This document shows, piece by piece, positions 20,221 to 29,440 of a stretch of DNA of 64,000 bases. The DNA lies in NCBI GenBank assembly GCA_034430475.1, contig DAOUEA010000009.1, forward strand, positions 43,269-107,268. Direction: 5' to 3'. The DNA comes from Chloroflexota bacterium. GTDB taxonomy: Bacteria > Chloroflexota > Limnocylindria > Limnocylindrales > CSP1-4. The first letter of the stretch is position 1; every line of letters begins with the position of its first letter. The position numbers and the translations under genes were made by a program. Under the pieces are notes generated by a model, which was given only the letters and a program-made list of their open reading frames with translations, searched no databases and had not been told where the DNA came from.

Positions 20221-20724
20221 TTACTCCGGCCCCGTCTCCGGGGCGTTCAGCGCACCGGCGACGGAGTCGCGAGCTATCTTCCCGAGTACTCCATTCACCA
20301 GGCGCCGGGCGGGCTCGCCGCTGTAGGTGCGAGCCAGCTCGACCCACTCGGCAATCGCCACCCGGGACGGCGTGCCGGAGTGTAGCACCTCGCAGATGCC
20401 GCTACGTAGCAGTGTACGGTCCATCCTCGCGAGTTGGACCACAGGGTATGCCGGGGCAGCCGCCTCTATCAAGGCGTCGATTCGATCGCGCTGCCCGACC
20501 ACGCCGTCGACCAGCGCGCGGGCAAAGGCAGCCGCCTCGTCGTCGATCGAGGCCTCGCCCAAATGGCGCTCCAGGATGGCCTCCGCCGTGCGCTGCCCGA
20601 ACTCGGCCTCGAAGAGCGCGGCCAGGGCCACGCGCCTCCCGGCCCGGCGTGCCGCAGCCCCTCCGCCCCGCTTCACCCGTTGCCCTCCCCGACCCAGATC
20701 GCCTCGGCCGCGGGACGGGGTCAC
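20221..20724 (-). CDS. nusB: transcription antitermination factor NusB
   Basis: [17 protein letters not shown]... and [17 protein letters not shown] are NusB-like helices. The ATG overlaps the asp23 stop (ATGA). Confidence 0.8.
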   Translation of the reverse strand: MTPSRGRGDLGRGGQRVKRGGGAAARRAGRRVALAALFEAEFGQRTAEAILERHLGEASIDDEAAAFARALVDGVVGQRDRIDALIEAAAPAYPVVQLARMDRTLLRSGICEVLHSGTPSRVAIAEWVELARTYSGEPARRLVNGVLGKIARDSVAGALNAPETGPE

Positions 20725-21053
20725 GAGCCCCAGCCCCCCACGCCGTCGACGACGACGGTCACCTCGCCCGGATGCAGGCCCAGCAGCCGCTCGATGGTCT
20801 TGCCCACCGCCTGCCGGACCTGTGCCGCCAGGGCGGGCAGAGGATGCCCGGGCCGGGCCACGATCCAGACCCGCACGGTCACCTCGCCGTCCGAAGTCCG
20901 CACGCGAACCGGTGATCCGGCCAGCCTGGAGAGCGGGCCGCCTCGGGCGACCTTGAGCACCCCGGGCACCTCCAGCGCCGCCTCGCGGACCATCTCTACG
21001 ATCACCCCGTGGCTGACTGCCAGCGGATCGGCGGCAGGGTGCTGCTTGCTCAT
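20721..21053 (-). CDS. Asp23/Gls24 family alkaline-shock / envelope-stress protein
   Basis: MSKQHPAADPLAVSHGVIVEMVREAALEVPGVLKV... with a C-terminal alternating VxVxV beta pattern (DUF322-like). ATG 21053 overlaps the plsX stop (ATGA). The longer track ORF is read-through. Confidence 0.75.
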   Translation of the reverse strand: MSKQHPAADPLAVSHGVIVEMVREAALEVPGVLKVARGGPLSRLAGSPVRVRTSDGEVTVRVWIVARPGHPLPALAAQVRQAVGKTIERLLGLHPGEVTVVVDGVGGWGS

Positions 21054-22111
21054 CTCGCCTCCGGTCGGGCTTTGGGCCGTCGCTCCTGGTCGCGGAACGC
21101 GTCCGCGATCGACTCCGGGACGTGGGCCCGGGCGGCCGCCGCCCCGGCCTCGACGCCGAACTCGATCATGCGCCGGCTGGCGCTGCCGTGAGTGATCAGG
21201 ACCATGCCCTTGACCCCCAGCAGCGGGGAGGCGCCCATCCTCTCGTAGTCGAAGATGTCGCGAATCCGGGCCACGGCGGGCCGCATGAAGAGGTATCCGA
21301 GCGGACCGCGGATGCCGCGCTCGAACTCCTTGCGCCACAGGTCGAAGATGAAACCGGCCAGGCCCTCGAAGAACTTCATCGTCACATTCCCGACTACGGC
21401 GTCGCACACGACCACGTCCGCCAGGTGCTTGGTCAAATCCCGCCCCTCGACGTTGCCGACGAAGTTGAGGCTGCCGTCGGCGTCGAGCAGCTCGGTGGCC
21501 TGCGTGATGGCCAGATCGCCCTTGCCCTTCTCCTCGCCGATGGAGAGAAGCGCGATCCTCGGGTTGGCCACCCCCAGGACGCGCTCGGCGTAGAGCGAGC
21601 CCATATGCGCGTACTGGAAGAGGTTGTGGCCGGTGGCGTCCACGTTGGCGCCGATGTCCAGGAACAGGAAGGGCCCGCTGTCGGTAATGAGCTGCACCGC
21701 CAGGGCCGGCCGATCCACCCCGGGCAGCCGCCCCAGCTTGAGCACGGCGGCGGCCATGCCCGCGCCCGAATGGCCGGCCGTGACGAGCGCATCGCCCCGG
21801 CCCTGCTTGATCAGGTCCATGGCGACCACGATCGAGCTGTCCTTCTTGGTCTTGAGGGCCTGGGAGGGCGACTCGTCCATGCCCACCACCTGGCTGGCGG
21901 CGACGATCTCGACGTTGGCCGGCAGCGGCTCGACGGCGCAGCGCTCGATCTCGGACGGAATGCCGACAAGCAGCACGGTATCGGACGGGTGCTGGCGGGC
22001 CCAGCAGAGGGTCCCGGCCACGATCTCGAGCGGAGCGTGGTCACCGCCCATCGCGTCGACGACGACGCGCACCGGGCCTCTATCGATCGCTCGGATCGTG
22101 CTCAGGTCCAC
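21050..22111 (-). CDS. plsX: phosphate acyltransferase PlsX
   Basis: VVVDAMGGDHAP...LDIGANVD...VLITHGSAS are PlsX motifs. Confidence 0.95.
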   Translation of the reverse strand: MDLSTIRAIDRGPVRVVVDAMGGDHAPLEIVAGTLCWARQHPSDTVLLVGIPSEIERCAVEPLPANVEIVAASQVVGMDESPSQALKTKKDSSIVVAMDLIKQGRGDALVTAGHSGAGMAAAVLKLGRLPGVDRPALAVQLITDSGPFLFLDIGANVDATGHNLFQYAHMGSLYAERVLGVANPRIALLSIGEEKGKGDLAITQATELLDADGSLNFVGNVEGRDLTKHLADVVVCDAVVGNVTMKFFEGLAGFIFDLWRKEFERGIRGPLGYLFMRPAVARIRDIFDYERMGASPLLGVKGMVLITHGSASRRMIEFGVEAGAAAARAHVPESIADAFRDQERRPKARPEAR

Positions 22112-22114
22112 CGC

Positions 22115-22318
22115 TTACGAGGCAGGCTGCTGAGGCTTCTCTTGCTTCAACTCCACCGTAGGCCGGCCGGCGTAGTAGCCGCAGTTGGGGCAGGCGTGAT
22201 GAACCTGCTTGGGCTGGTGGCAGTGCTCGCACGGCTCCAGGTGGGGCAGCGCCGCGGCCAGGTGAGCACGGCGATCGCCCTGCCGGGCGTGTGAAACCTT
22301 CCTCTTGGGGACACCCAT
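22115..22318 (-). CDS. rpmF: 50S ribosomal protein L32
   Basis: MGVPKRKVSHARQGDRRAH... with a CxxC...CxxC zinc ribbon. Confidence 0.9.
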   Translation of the reverse strand: MGVPKRKVSHARQGDRRAHLAAALPHLEPCEHCHQPKQVHHACPNCGYYAGRPTVELKQEKPQQPAS

Positions 22319-22476
22319 GGGTTTGACTACTCCTTAGTTGCTCCGGCGCGCTGCCGCATGGCAGGCCGGTCTGTGGCGCCGGGGCACGGCTGATCTCCTT
22401 ACGCGAAGAATACCCTGCCCACAGGGCCGATGGCGGAGTGTAGCCGACCGGCGGGCAGACGTCAGCCGAAGAGCTC

Positions 22477-24777
22477 CTAGCTCACGTCACGGGCGACGGT
22501 GATGATGTCCTTGAGCTGCTCCAGGCGGGTGATCACCTTGGCCAGCTGGGCCACCGAGGCGACCTCGAGGGTGGCCTTCACGGTTGCCGTTCGGTCGGCC
22601 GAGACGGCGACGTTGGCGGCCAGGATGTTGACCTTGTGCTCGGCCAGGACCTGGCTGATGTCCGACAGGAGGCCGGTCCGATCGAAGGCTTCGATGCGGA
22701 TCGAGATGGGGTACGTCTGCTGGACCTGGTTCTCCCATTCGACCTCGACCAGGCGGACCTTCTCTCGCTCGCCCATGACCGTCTGGCAGCTGCGCTGGTG
22801 GACCGTGACGCCCTTGCCGCGGGTGATGAAGCCGATGATCGGATCGCCGGGAATCGGGTGGCAGCACTTGCCGAACCTTACGAGCAGATCGCCCACTCCT
22901 TTGACCCGCACTCCGCCCTGCCGGTCGGCCGAAGGAGGCGGAGCCGTGGGCGGCAGGGCCAGCTGGGCGTCGTCCACAACGCCCAGGCGAGTCACCACCT
23001 GCTGGGCGCCGATCGCCCCGTATCCGACGGCGGCGTAGAAGTCGTCCAGGCTCTCGAAGTTGTAGGCCCGGGCGATCTCCATGATCCGGTCCTGACCCAC
23101 GGCGCCGGCGCTGGTGCGGGCCAGGCGACGCAGCTCCCGATCCAGCGACTCGCGCCCGTGGGCGATGTTCTCGTCGCGCTCCTGGCGCTTGAACCACTGC
23201 CGGATCTTCTCCCGGGCATGGCTGGTGCGAACCAGGTTCAGCCAGTCGCGCGAGGGACCGTGCTCGCCGCGGGTGGTCACGATCTCGACGATGTCGCCGT
23301 TCTTGAGCCGGTACTCGAGGGGCACCAGCCTGTTGTTGACCTTCGCCCCGATGCAGCGGTGGCCGACATCGGTATGGATCCGATAGGCGAAGTCCAGTGG
23401 CGTCGCGCCTGCCGGCAGGTCCTTGACCTCGCCCTTGGGGGTGAAGACGTAGACCTGGTCCTGGAACACATCAAGCTTGACGCCCTCGACGAACTCCGTG
23501 GCGTCGGTGACCTCGCGCTGCCAATCCATGACCTGGCGCAGCCAGGCCAGCTTGGCGTCGTACTCCCTGTCCGCCCGCGACCCCTCCTTGTAGCGCCAGT
23601 GCGCGGCGATGCCCACCTCGCTGACCCGGTGCATGGCGTGAGTCCGGATCTGGATCTCCAGGGGCTGGCCGTCCAGGGCGATCACCGCCGTGTGAAGGCT
23701 CTGGTAGAGGTTCGGCTTGGGGACGGCGATGTAGTCGTCGAACTGACCGGGAATCGGGCGCCAGATGGAATGCACGACGCCCAGCGCCGCGTAGCAGTCC
23801 TTGATCTCGTCTACCAGCAGGCGGATGGCGTAGACATCGTATATCTCGCCGAACTCCGCGCTCTTGCGCTGCATCTTCTTCCAGATGCTGTACAGGTGCT
23901 TGGGCCGTCCCGACAGGTCGGCCTTGATTCCGGCCTGCACCAGCTCCGGCCGAAGAACCTCGATGGCCCGTCGGACGAAGGCCTCGCGGCCCTTGCGGCG
24001 GGTGTCCAGCATCCGCGCCAGCTCCCGGTAGCGCTCCGGCTCGAGGGTCTTGAAGGCAAGGTCCTCGAGCTCCCACTTGATGTTCCAGATGCCCAGGCGC
24101 TCGGCCAGGGGGGCGTAGATCTCCATCGTCTGGCGGGCGATGCGGCCCTGCTTCGCCATGGGCAGGGCCGAGAGCGTTCGCATGTTGTGCAGCCGATCGG
24201 CCAGCTTGATCAGCACGACGCGGATGTCCTCCGCCATGGCCAGGAACATCTTGCGGATGTTCTCGGCCTGCTGGTCCTCGTGGCTGTGGGTGCTGAACTT
24301 GGACAGCTTCGTGACGCCGTCCACGAGCTGCGCCACCTCCGAGCCGAAGCGCTCCTCGACCTCGTTGAGCGTGTAGTCCGTGTCCTCGGGCACGTCGTGG
24401 AGGAGCGCGGCGGTTACCGCCACCGGCTCGATGCCGATGTCCGCCAGGATCTGCGCCGCCGCCAGAGGATGCGTCACGTACGGCTCGCCGGTGACCCGGG
24501 TCTGGTGGCGATGGGCCTGAGAGGCGAACTCGAAAGCCTGGCGCAGCAGGGCCACGTCCGCCTGCGGGTTGAGGGCTACGACGGACCGCTCAAGCCGGCG
24601 ATAGGCGGCCTCGGGCGAGTGTGAGCGCGGCAGGCCGGCGCGCAGCCGCTCGGCGACGGACGCGCGGGCACGCGTCTCGCGGCGCGCCCGACCCGGAGCA
24701 GAGTCCGGGCCGGACGGGGGCGTGGTTTCGGCTACCGCCCCGGCCCGCGGCCGGGCACCGTGCGGCTCGATCGACAT
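22477..24777 (-). CDS. relA: bifunctional (p)ppGpp synthetase/hydrolase Rel
   Basis: HD hydrolase domain (HRHQTRVTGEPYVTHPL...HDVPEDT), synthetase domain (YDVYAIRLLV...GQFDDYIAVPKPNLYQSLHT), TGS, and an ACT C-terminus. The N-terminal start is uncertain; about 85 aa precede the HD domain. Confidence 0.92.
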   Translation of the reverse strand: MSIEPHGARPRAGAVAETTPPSGPDSAPGRARRETRARASVAERLRAGLPRSHSPEAAYRRLERSVVALNPQADVALLRQAFEFASQAHRHQTRVTGEPYVTHPLAAAQILADIGIEPVAVTAALLHDVPEDTDYTLNEVEERFGSEVAQLVDGVTKLSKFSTHSHEDQQAENIRKMFLAMAEDIRVVLIKLADRLHNMRTLSALPMAKQGRIARQTMEIYAPLAERLGIWNIKWELEDLAFKTLEPERYRELARMLDTRRKGREAFVRRAIEVLRPELVQAGIKADLSGRPKHLYSIWKKMQRKSAEFGEIYDVYAIRLLVDEIKDCYAALGVVHSIWRPIPGQFDDYIAVPKPNLYQSLHTAVIALDGQPLEIQIRTHAMHRVSEVGIAAHWRYKEGSRADREYDAKLAWLRQVMDWQREVTDATEFVEGVKLDVFQDQVYVFTPKGEVKDLPAGATPLDFAYRIHTDVGHRCIGAKVNNRLVPLEYRLKNGDIVEIVTTRGEHGPSRDWLNLVRTSHAREKIRQWFKRQERDENIAHGRESLDRELRRLARTSAGAVGQDRIMEIARAYNFESLDDFYAAVGYGAIGAQQVVTRLGVVDDAQLALPPTAPPPSADRQGGVRVKGVGDLLVRFGKCCHPIPGDPIIGFITRGKGVTVHQRSCQTVMGEREKVRLVEVEWENQVQQTYPISIRIEAFDRTGLLSDISQVLAEHKVNILAANVAVSADRTATVKATLEVASVAQLAKVITRLEQLKDIITVARDVS

Positions 24778-24831
24778 GAGCCGAGTCTACCAGTCAATCC
24801 GGGCGACGCCCGCCGCCGGACCGGAGCCAGG

Positions 24832-25533
24832 TCAGCTCAGCAAGCTCTCGACGTCGATCGTCCCGCTGAGGATCACGTGCGTCTCGCTGATCGAAACCGA
24901 CTCGACCCGGAAGGGGCTGCCACGGCCGGGGCTGATCAGCAGGACTGTCGGCATGGCTTTGCTCTCAGGGACCAGGAAGAGACTGCCGTCGGTGGCCACC
25001 AGCCGGCCCTTGAAGGCGTTGCCGCCGACGTTGAGCGTCACCACGTTGGGGGCTGCCAGGAGCACCGTCGCCTTCACGCCCTGCGAGGCCAGCTGGGATT
25101 CGGCCAGCTCCCGGGCCTCGGCGAGGCTCACGTGGCAGCTGGCCACCGTCCTGCCTGCCGGACCGGCCAGCGAGACGTCATCGATCGAGACAGTGTCGCC
25201 GTTGGGCGCGGCGACCTGCACGCCCTCCAGCGTGCCCTCCACGCCACCGATCTCGCGGCTCAGCAGGTCCACGTCGGTGAGCGTGACGTCGACTGCGGCG
25301 GCATGGAGATCGCTCAGGCTGACGTCACTCGACACGATGTGGACGTTCCCCCGGCCGGTAAGGAGCAGCGGCGGCGGGTTGGCGGAGACCTCCACTCTGG
25401 TGTCGGTGCCGTTGAAGCCGGCCGCGTTCAGGGCCCCGGCGGCCAGGGCGCTCACCGCCAGCGGCAGGGCGAACCACAGCAGCAGCAGAACCACCAGCAG
25501 CGCGACGAGGACCTGGATCAGACACGAGCGCAT
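24832..25533 (-). CDS. hypothetical membrane-anchored protein (233 aa)
   Basis: N-terminal TM helix (LIQVLVALLVVLLLLWFALPLAV) then a repetitive V/S/T/D-rich beta-type domain. No motif recognised. Confidence 0.55.
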   Translation of the reverse strand: MRSCLIQVLVALLVVLLLLWFALPLAVSALAAGALNAAGFNGTDTRVEVSANPPPLLLTGRGNVHIVSSDVSLSDLHAAAVDVTLTDVDLLSREIGGVEGTLEGVQVAAPNGDTVSIDDVSLAGPAGRTVASCHVSLAEARELAESQLASQGVKATVLLAAPNVVTLNVGGNAFKGRLVATDGSLFLVPESKAMPTVLLISPGRGSPFRVESVSISETHVILSGTIDVESLLS

Positions 25534-25548
25534 GCGGCTGCGACCTCC

Positions 25549-27174
25549 TTAGCCGGCCTTGAAGCCCATCGACCGCAGCACCGCGACGGCTTCGCTGCGT
25601 TCGTCCCAGGGCACGGGGCCGTCGACCATGATTATCGACTGCTCGTGCCCCTTGCCCGCCAGGAGCACGGTGTCGCCCGGCCTGGCCTGCTCGAAAGCCG
25701 CGGCGATGGCCTGGCGGCGGTCGGCGATGCACAGCAGGTCGTGCCCGCGGCGCTTGCCGGCCGCCTCGGCCCCGGCCGCGATCTCGTCCAGGATGGCCAG
25801 CCGGTCCTCCCCCCGCGGATCCTCGTCTGTGATCACTACCAGGCGACAGCGCTCGCCGGCCACGCGGCCCATCATGGGTCGCTTGGCCACGTCCCGCTCC
25901 CCTGCCGAGCCGAAGACGGCGATGAGGCCTCCGCCCGAGTCACGAGCCACTCGGCTCAGCTCGTCGAGCACTCCCTCCAGCGAGGCGGGCGAGTGAGCGT
26001 AGTCCACCACCACCCCGAAGGGCTGCCCGCAGTCCACCAGTTCCATCCGCCCCGGGACGCCGGGCACATTCTCCAGGCCCGCCCGCGCCGCATCCATGTC
26101 CAGCCCCAGCACTTCGGCCAGGCTGAGGGCAGCCAGGGCATTGTGAACGTTGAACCGCCCTGCCAGGCCAAGCGACACTCGACCCTTCCAGCGCGGCGTC
26201 TCGGCCTCGAAGGCCACTCGGCCGGGCGTCTCCTTTGCCCCACGGGCGCGAACCTCGGCGTCTGCGCCCAGGCCGTACCTGACCAGGCGGACTCCAGCCT
26301 GGGCCGTCGCCCCGGCGAACAAATCGGCAGCCGGATCGTCGCCGTTGACGATGCCGGCCTCGGCAAAGGGCCCGTCCAGGTTCTTGCCATGCCCGCCCAG
26401 GCGGGCGAAGAGACCCAGCTTGGCGTCGCGGTAGGCATCGAAGGTCTTGTGCAGCTCCAGGTGCTCGTGGCTCAGGTTGGTGAAGATGCCGATGTCGAAA
26501 GCGATCCCGCCCACCCTCTCCAGAGCCAGGCCGTGGGAGGTGGTCTCCACGATGGCCGCCGCGTTCCCCGCCCGAACCATGGCTCGCAGCATCTGCTGCA
26601 ATCGAGGAGCCTCGGGCGTAGTGACGTGCTCCGGGTTGGCGCTCCGGCTGGCGCCGATCTTGAGCCCGGCGGTAGTCAGCAGCCCGGCTGAGAGCCCCGC
26701 CGCCTCGAGAGCTGCCTGGGCCAGGAACGACGTGGTCGTCTTGCCGTCGGTGCCGGTGACGCCCACGATCGCCATCTCCCGGCTTGGGTCGCCATACCAC
26801 CAGGCCGCAGCCGCGGCCAGCGCGGCGCGACTTCCGTCCACGACCAGCTGGGGGACGGCCGCTCCGTCTACAAGGCGCTCGACGATCAGGGCAGTTGCGC
26901 CGGCGGCGGCTGCCTCGACGGCGTGGTCGTGCCCGTCGGCATGCTCGCCCCGGACCGCGACGAAGACCGAGCCTCCCTTGACCAGCCGCGAGTCGTAGGT
27001 CAGGCCGCGGACCGGCATCGAAGCGGCCGGCGGCGCACCGGGCGGAAGGTGAACTCCCTGCAGCAGATCCCCAGACTCGAGGCGGGCGATCAGCTCGGCC
27101 AGCGGCCTGGCCTCGTGCGGTTCGGCCGCGGCCAGGGCGGCCGCCAGGGGGCTTGCGCCGTCCCCAGCGGTCAC
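25549..27174 (-). CDS. murE: UDP-N-acetylmuramoyl-L-alanyl-D-glutamate--diamino-acid ligase MurE
   Basis: GLTYDSRLVKGGSVFVAVRGEHADGH...GVTGTDGKTTT...DYAHSP are MurE motifs. I chose GTG 27174..27172 overlapping the femX stop (GTGA). The track ORF to 28032 is a frame read-through across femX. Confidence 0.9.
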   Translation of the reverse strand: MTAGDGASPLAAALAAAEPHEARPLAELIARLESGDLLQGVHLPPGAPPAASMPVRGLTYDSRLVKGGSVFVAVRGEHADGHDHAVEAAAAGATALIVERLVDGAAVPQLVVDGSRAALAAAAAWWYGDPSREMAIVGVTGTDGKTTTSFLAQAALEAAGLSAGLLTTAGLKIGASRSANPEHVTTPEAPRLQQMLRAMVRAGNAAAIVETTSHGLALERVGGIAFDIGIFTNLSHEHLELHKTFDAYRDAKLGLFARLGGHGKNLDGPFAEAGIVNGDDPAADLFAGATAQAGVRLVRYGLGADAEVRARGAKETPGRVAFEAETPRWKGRVSLGLAGRFNVHNALAALSLAEVLGLDMDAARAGLENVPGVPGRMELVDCGQPFGVVVDYAHSPASLEGVLDELSRVARDSGGGLIAVFGSAGERDVAKRPMMGRVAGERCRLVVITDEDPRGEDRLAILDEIAAGAEAAGKRRGHDLLCIADRRQAIAAAFEQARPGDTVLLAGKGHEQSIIMVDGPVPWDERSEAVAVLRSMGFKAG

Positions 27175-28409
27175 TCCTCGTCCTCCGAGCCCGGGCTCTC
27201 CTTCGCCTCTCCCGCCGCCTCGCGCCGGCCCCCGCGGACGCGCAGGATGCCGTGGCGCAACCTCCCGATTCGATCCTGCCAGGTTTGGGCGGTGTCGTAG
27301 GCGAAGCGGCCGGCCGGATCCAGGACCATGTCCCAGGCCCCCACGTAGCGGATCTCCCGTCCTCCGAAGCCGGTCTTGAAGTGCTCGATTCCACCGTGAG
27401 AGATGCCCCACATGTCGTAGCTGACGGCGCCCGCTTCGCGAGAGGAGCGGATCGCTTCCCACTTCAGGAGGTAGTTGGCCCGCGCGTCCGCACCCCTGGC
27501 GGTCATGCCCCCATACGGCTCCACGACGCGATCGCCCACCCGCAGCAGGAACAGCGTGGCCAGCCCTTCGCCGTCCTCCGCCTCGGCCATCAGCAACCTG
27601 GCCATGCCCAGCCGGGCGAAGGCCTGCCAGACGGCGAGGTAGGACTCGTACGTGCGGATCACGAAACCGGCCCGTGAGGCGGTCTGGCGGTAGATCTCGT
27701 AGAACTCCGGCAGGCGGTCGACCGGGGCGTCGACGACCCGGACCCCTCCCCGGCGAGCCTTGTTGACGTACTGCCGCCACTTCTTGCGCAAGTCGCTCCA
27801 CAGGGCCGCGTCGTCGGCCCGCAGATCCACCAGGCGGGTCCGAGGAGGCTGGATGCAGGCCCCGGGCCGCCACCCGGACTGACGCAGCGCGTGGCGCAGG
27901 GCGCCGTCCACGTCGCTCGGGCCGTTGAGCTCTATCTCCGGCTCGATGCGGACGTGGGAGACCCTGCCCGGCCACTCTGCCACGGCGCGGCGCAGGCCGA
28001 TGGTGAAGGCCTCGACCGAGGCTTCGTTCCACTCCTCCATGACCGGGCCACGCGGCGAATAGGCGAAGACCCAGCGAAAGGCCCGTGGCCGGCGGAGCAG
28101 CATCTGGGCGCCGAAGGCCGCCCGGGGCCGACTCTCGGCGTCCTTCGCCCCCTCGGCCTCAGGCTCGCCCGAAGGGGCCGGCAGGGCGCAGGTGCCCATG
28201 AACCGCAGGGGCGTCCAGCCGTTCGGAGCCTTCACCTCCGCCCAGGCCGAAGTCTGGAGGTAGGAGCCGGGCGTCGAGCGGCGCACCAGAGCGTCCCAGG
28301 CGGGTGTCTCGGGCGCCAGGTCGAAGGTGGGCCCGCCGGACTCTGCGTCGCCCGCGGCGCTGCTCGTCACCTGCTCCGGCATCCCATCTCCTCTGCCCTG
28401 GGCGTTCAC
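27171..28409 (-). CDS. FemAB-family peptidoglycan interpeptide-bridge peptidyltransferase (FemX-like)
   Basis: 412 aa. FemAB-like tandem GNAT fold ([12 protein letters not shown]...[23 protein letters not shown]). The ATG overlaps the xerC stop. Confidence 0.75.
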   Translation of the reverse strand: MNAQGRGDGMPEQVTSSAAGDAESGGPTFDLAPETPAWDALVRRSTPGSYLQTSAWAEVKAPNGWTPLRFMGTCALPAPSGEPEAEGAKDAESRPRAAFGAQMLLRRPRAFRWVFAYSPRGPVMEEWNEASVEAFTIGLRRAVAEWPGRVSHVRIEPEIELNGPSDVDGALRHALRQSGWRPGACIQPPRTRLVDLRADDAALWSDLRKKWRQYVNKARRGGVRVVDAPVDRLPEFYEIYRQTASRAGFVIRTYESYLAVWQAFARLGMARLLMAEAEDGEGLATLFLLRVGDRVVEPYGGMTARGADARANYLLKWEAIRSSREAGAVSYDMWGISHGGIEHFKTGFGGREIRYVGAWDMVLDPAGRFAYDTAQTWQDRIGRLRHGILRVRGGRREAAGEAKESPGSEDEE

Positions 28410-29440
28410 TCCTCCGGCGGCTCGCCCTCCGGGCGGGCCTGTCCCGAGCCGCTCCCAGAACGGGCTCGCGGATGAGAGGCAGTGTACGCGGCCCGCAGCC
28501 GGGCCGGCGAAACGTGAGTGTAGACCTGGGTCGTGGCCAGGCTCTCGTGGCCCAGCAGCTCCTGCACAACGCGCAGATCCGCACCGCCGTCCAGCAGGTG
28601 CGTGGCGAACGAGTGGCGCAGGGTGTGGGGCGAAACCCCCTCCGGCAGCCCGGCCGCCACCCGCAGCTTCTCCAGGCGCCAGCGGATGCCTCGTGCCCCC
28701 ATCGGCCCTCCGTGGTGATTGAGGAACAAGATCCCTGCGTCATCCGGCGGGCGGCCGGGCCCAGCTGCGGCGCGCCGCAGCAACTCGGGGCGACCCTCGT
28801 CCAGGTAGCGCGCCAGGGCCCCGCAGGCCGGGCGCCCCAGCAGCGAAACCCGCTCCTTGCGTCCCTTGCCAGTGACCCGCACTTCGCCCCGGCGCAGATC
28901 CACGGCGCCGACCGTTAGCCCGGCCAGCTCGGCGATACGCAAGCCGGCGGCGTAGGCCGTCTCCAGGATCGCCACGTCGCGCAGGGCCAGAGCATGCTCC
29001 ATCGCCGCCCGCCGCGTCCCCGCCGGCGACCGGCCCTCCTCGTCCGCCGCCGCGGCGATCAGCCGCTCCGTCTCCGCCACCGAGAGAACCCCCGGCAGGC
29101 GGCGTGGCTGGCGCGGCGTCGGCAGCGCCGCCAGAGGATTGCCGGCCACGAGGCCCTCGCGCGCCGCCCAGCGATAGAACGATCGCAGCGCCGCCAGGCG
29201 CTGGGCCACTGTCCGCCGGCCACGCCCCTCCGAGAGCGAGGCCATGAACGCTCTCAGCGCCGCCCGGGAGGGCGAGCGCCAGTCATGGCCGTTGGCCTCG
29301 ATCCAGCTCGCGTACTCCTCGAGCGCGGCGCGATACGACCTGATGGTGTGCCCCGACGCGTCTCGTGCCGCCAGCGCGGCCATGAAGCGCTCGACCGTTC
29401 CGGCCGTCCCCTCGCTTCCGGGCGCCGGGCCGGGGCTCAT
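28406..29440 (-). CDS. xerC: tyrosine recombinase XerC/XerD family
   Basis: N-terminal core-binding domain and C-terminal catalytic R...HxxR...Y ([12 protein letters not shown]...[15 protein letters not shown]). Located in dprA-topA-xerC synteny, so housekeeping and not mobile. Confidence 0.85.
   Translation of the reverse strand: MSPGPAPGSEGTAGTVERFMAALAARDASGHTIRSYRAALEEYASWIEANGHDWRSPSRAALRAFMASLSEGRGRRTVAQRLAALRSFYRWAAREGLVAGNPLAALPTPRQPRRLPGVLSVAETERLIAAAADEEGRSPAGTRRAAMEHALALRDVAILETAYAAGLRIAELAGLTVGAVDLRRGEVRVTGKGRKERVSLLGRPACGALARYLDEGRPELLRRAAAGPGRPPDDAGILFLNHHGGPMGARGIRWRLEKLRVAAGLPEGVSPHTLRHSFATHLLDGGADLRVVQELLGHESLATTQVYTHVSPARLRAAYTASHPRARSGSGSGQARPEGEPPEE

Noticed and set aside
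20185-20347. 5' extension of the acpP ORF (132 aa in the track)
   Set aside because: ACP homology and a strong AGGAGGG Shine-Dalgarno place the start at GTG 20185. The upstream part is Arg-rich read-through.
25549-28032. 827-aa minus-strand ORF that appears to fuse murE with upstream sequence
   Set aside because: The N-terminal 286 aa are low-complexity read-through across the femX coding region in another frame. MurE homology begins near GTG 27174, which overlaps the femX stop.
28406-29440. Tyrosine recombinase as a marker of an integrated mobile element
   Set aside because: It sits in the conserved dprA-topA-xerC housekeeping synteny, and there are no flanking phage or transposon genes, attachment repeats or GC shift. 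It was called as chromosomal XerC/D.
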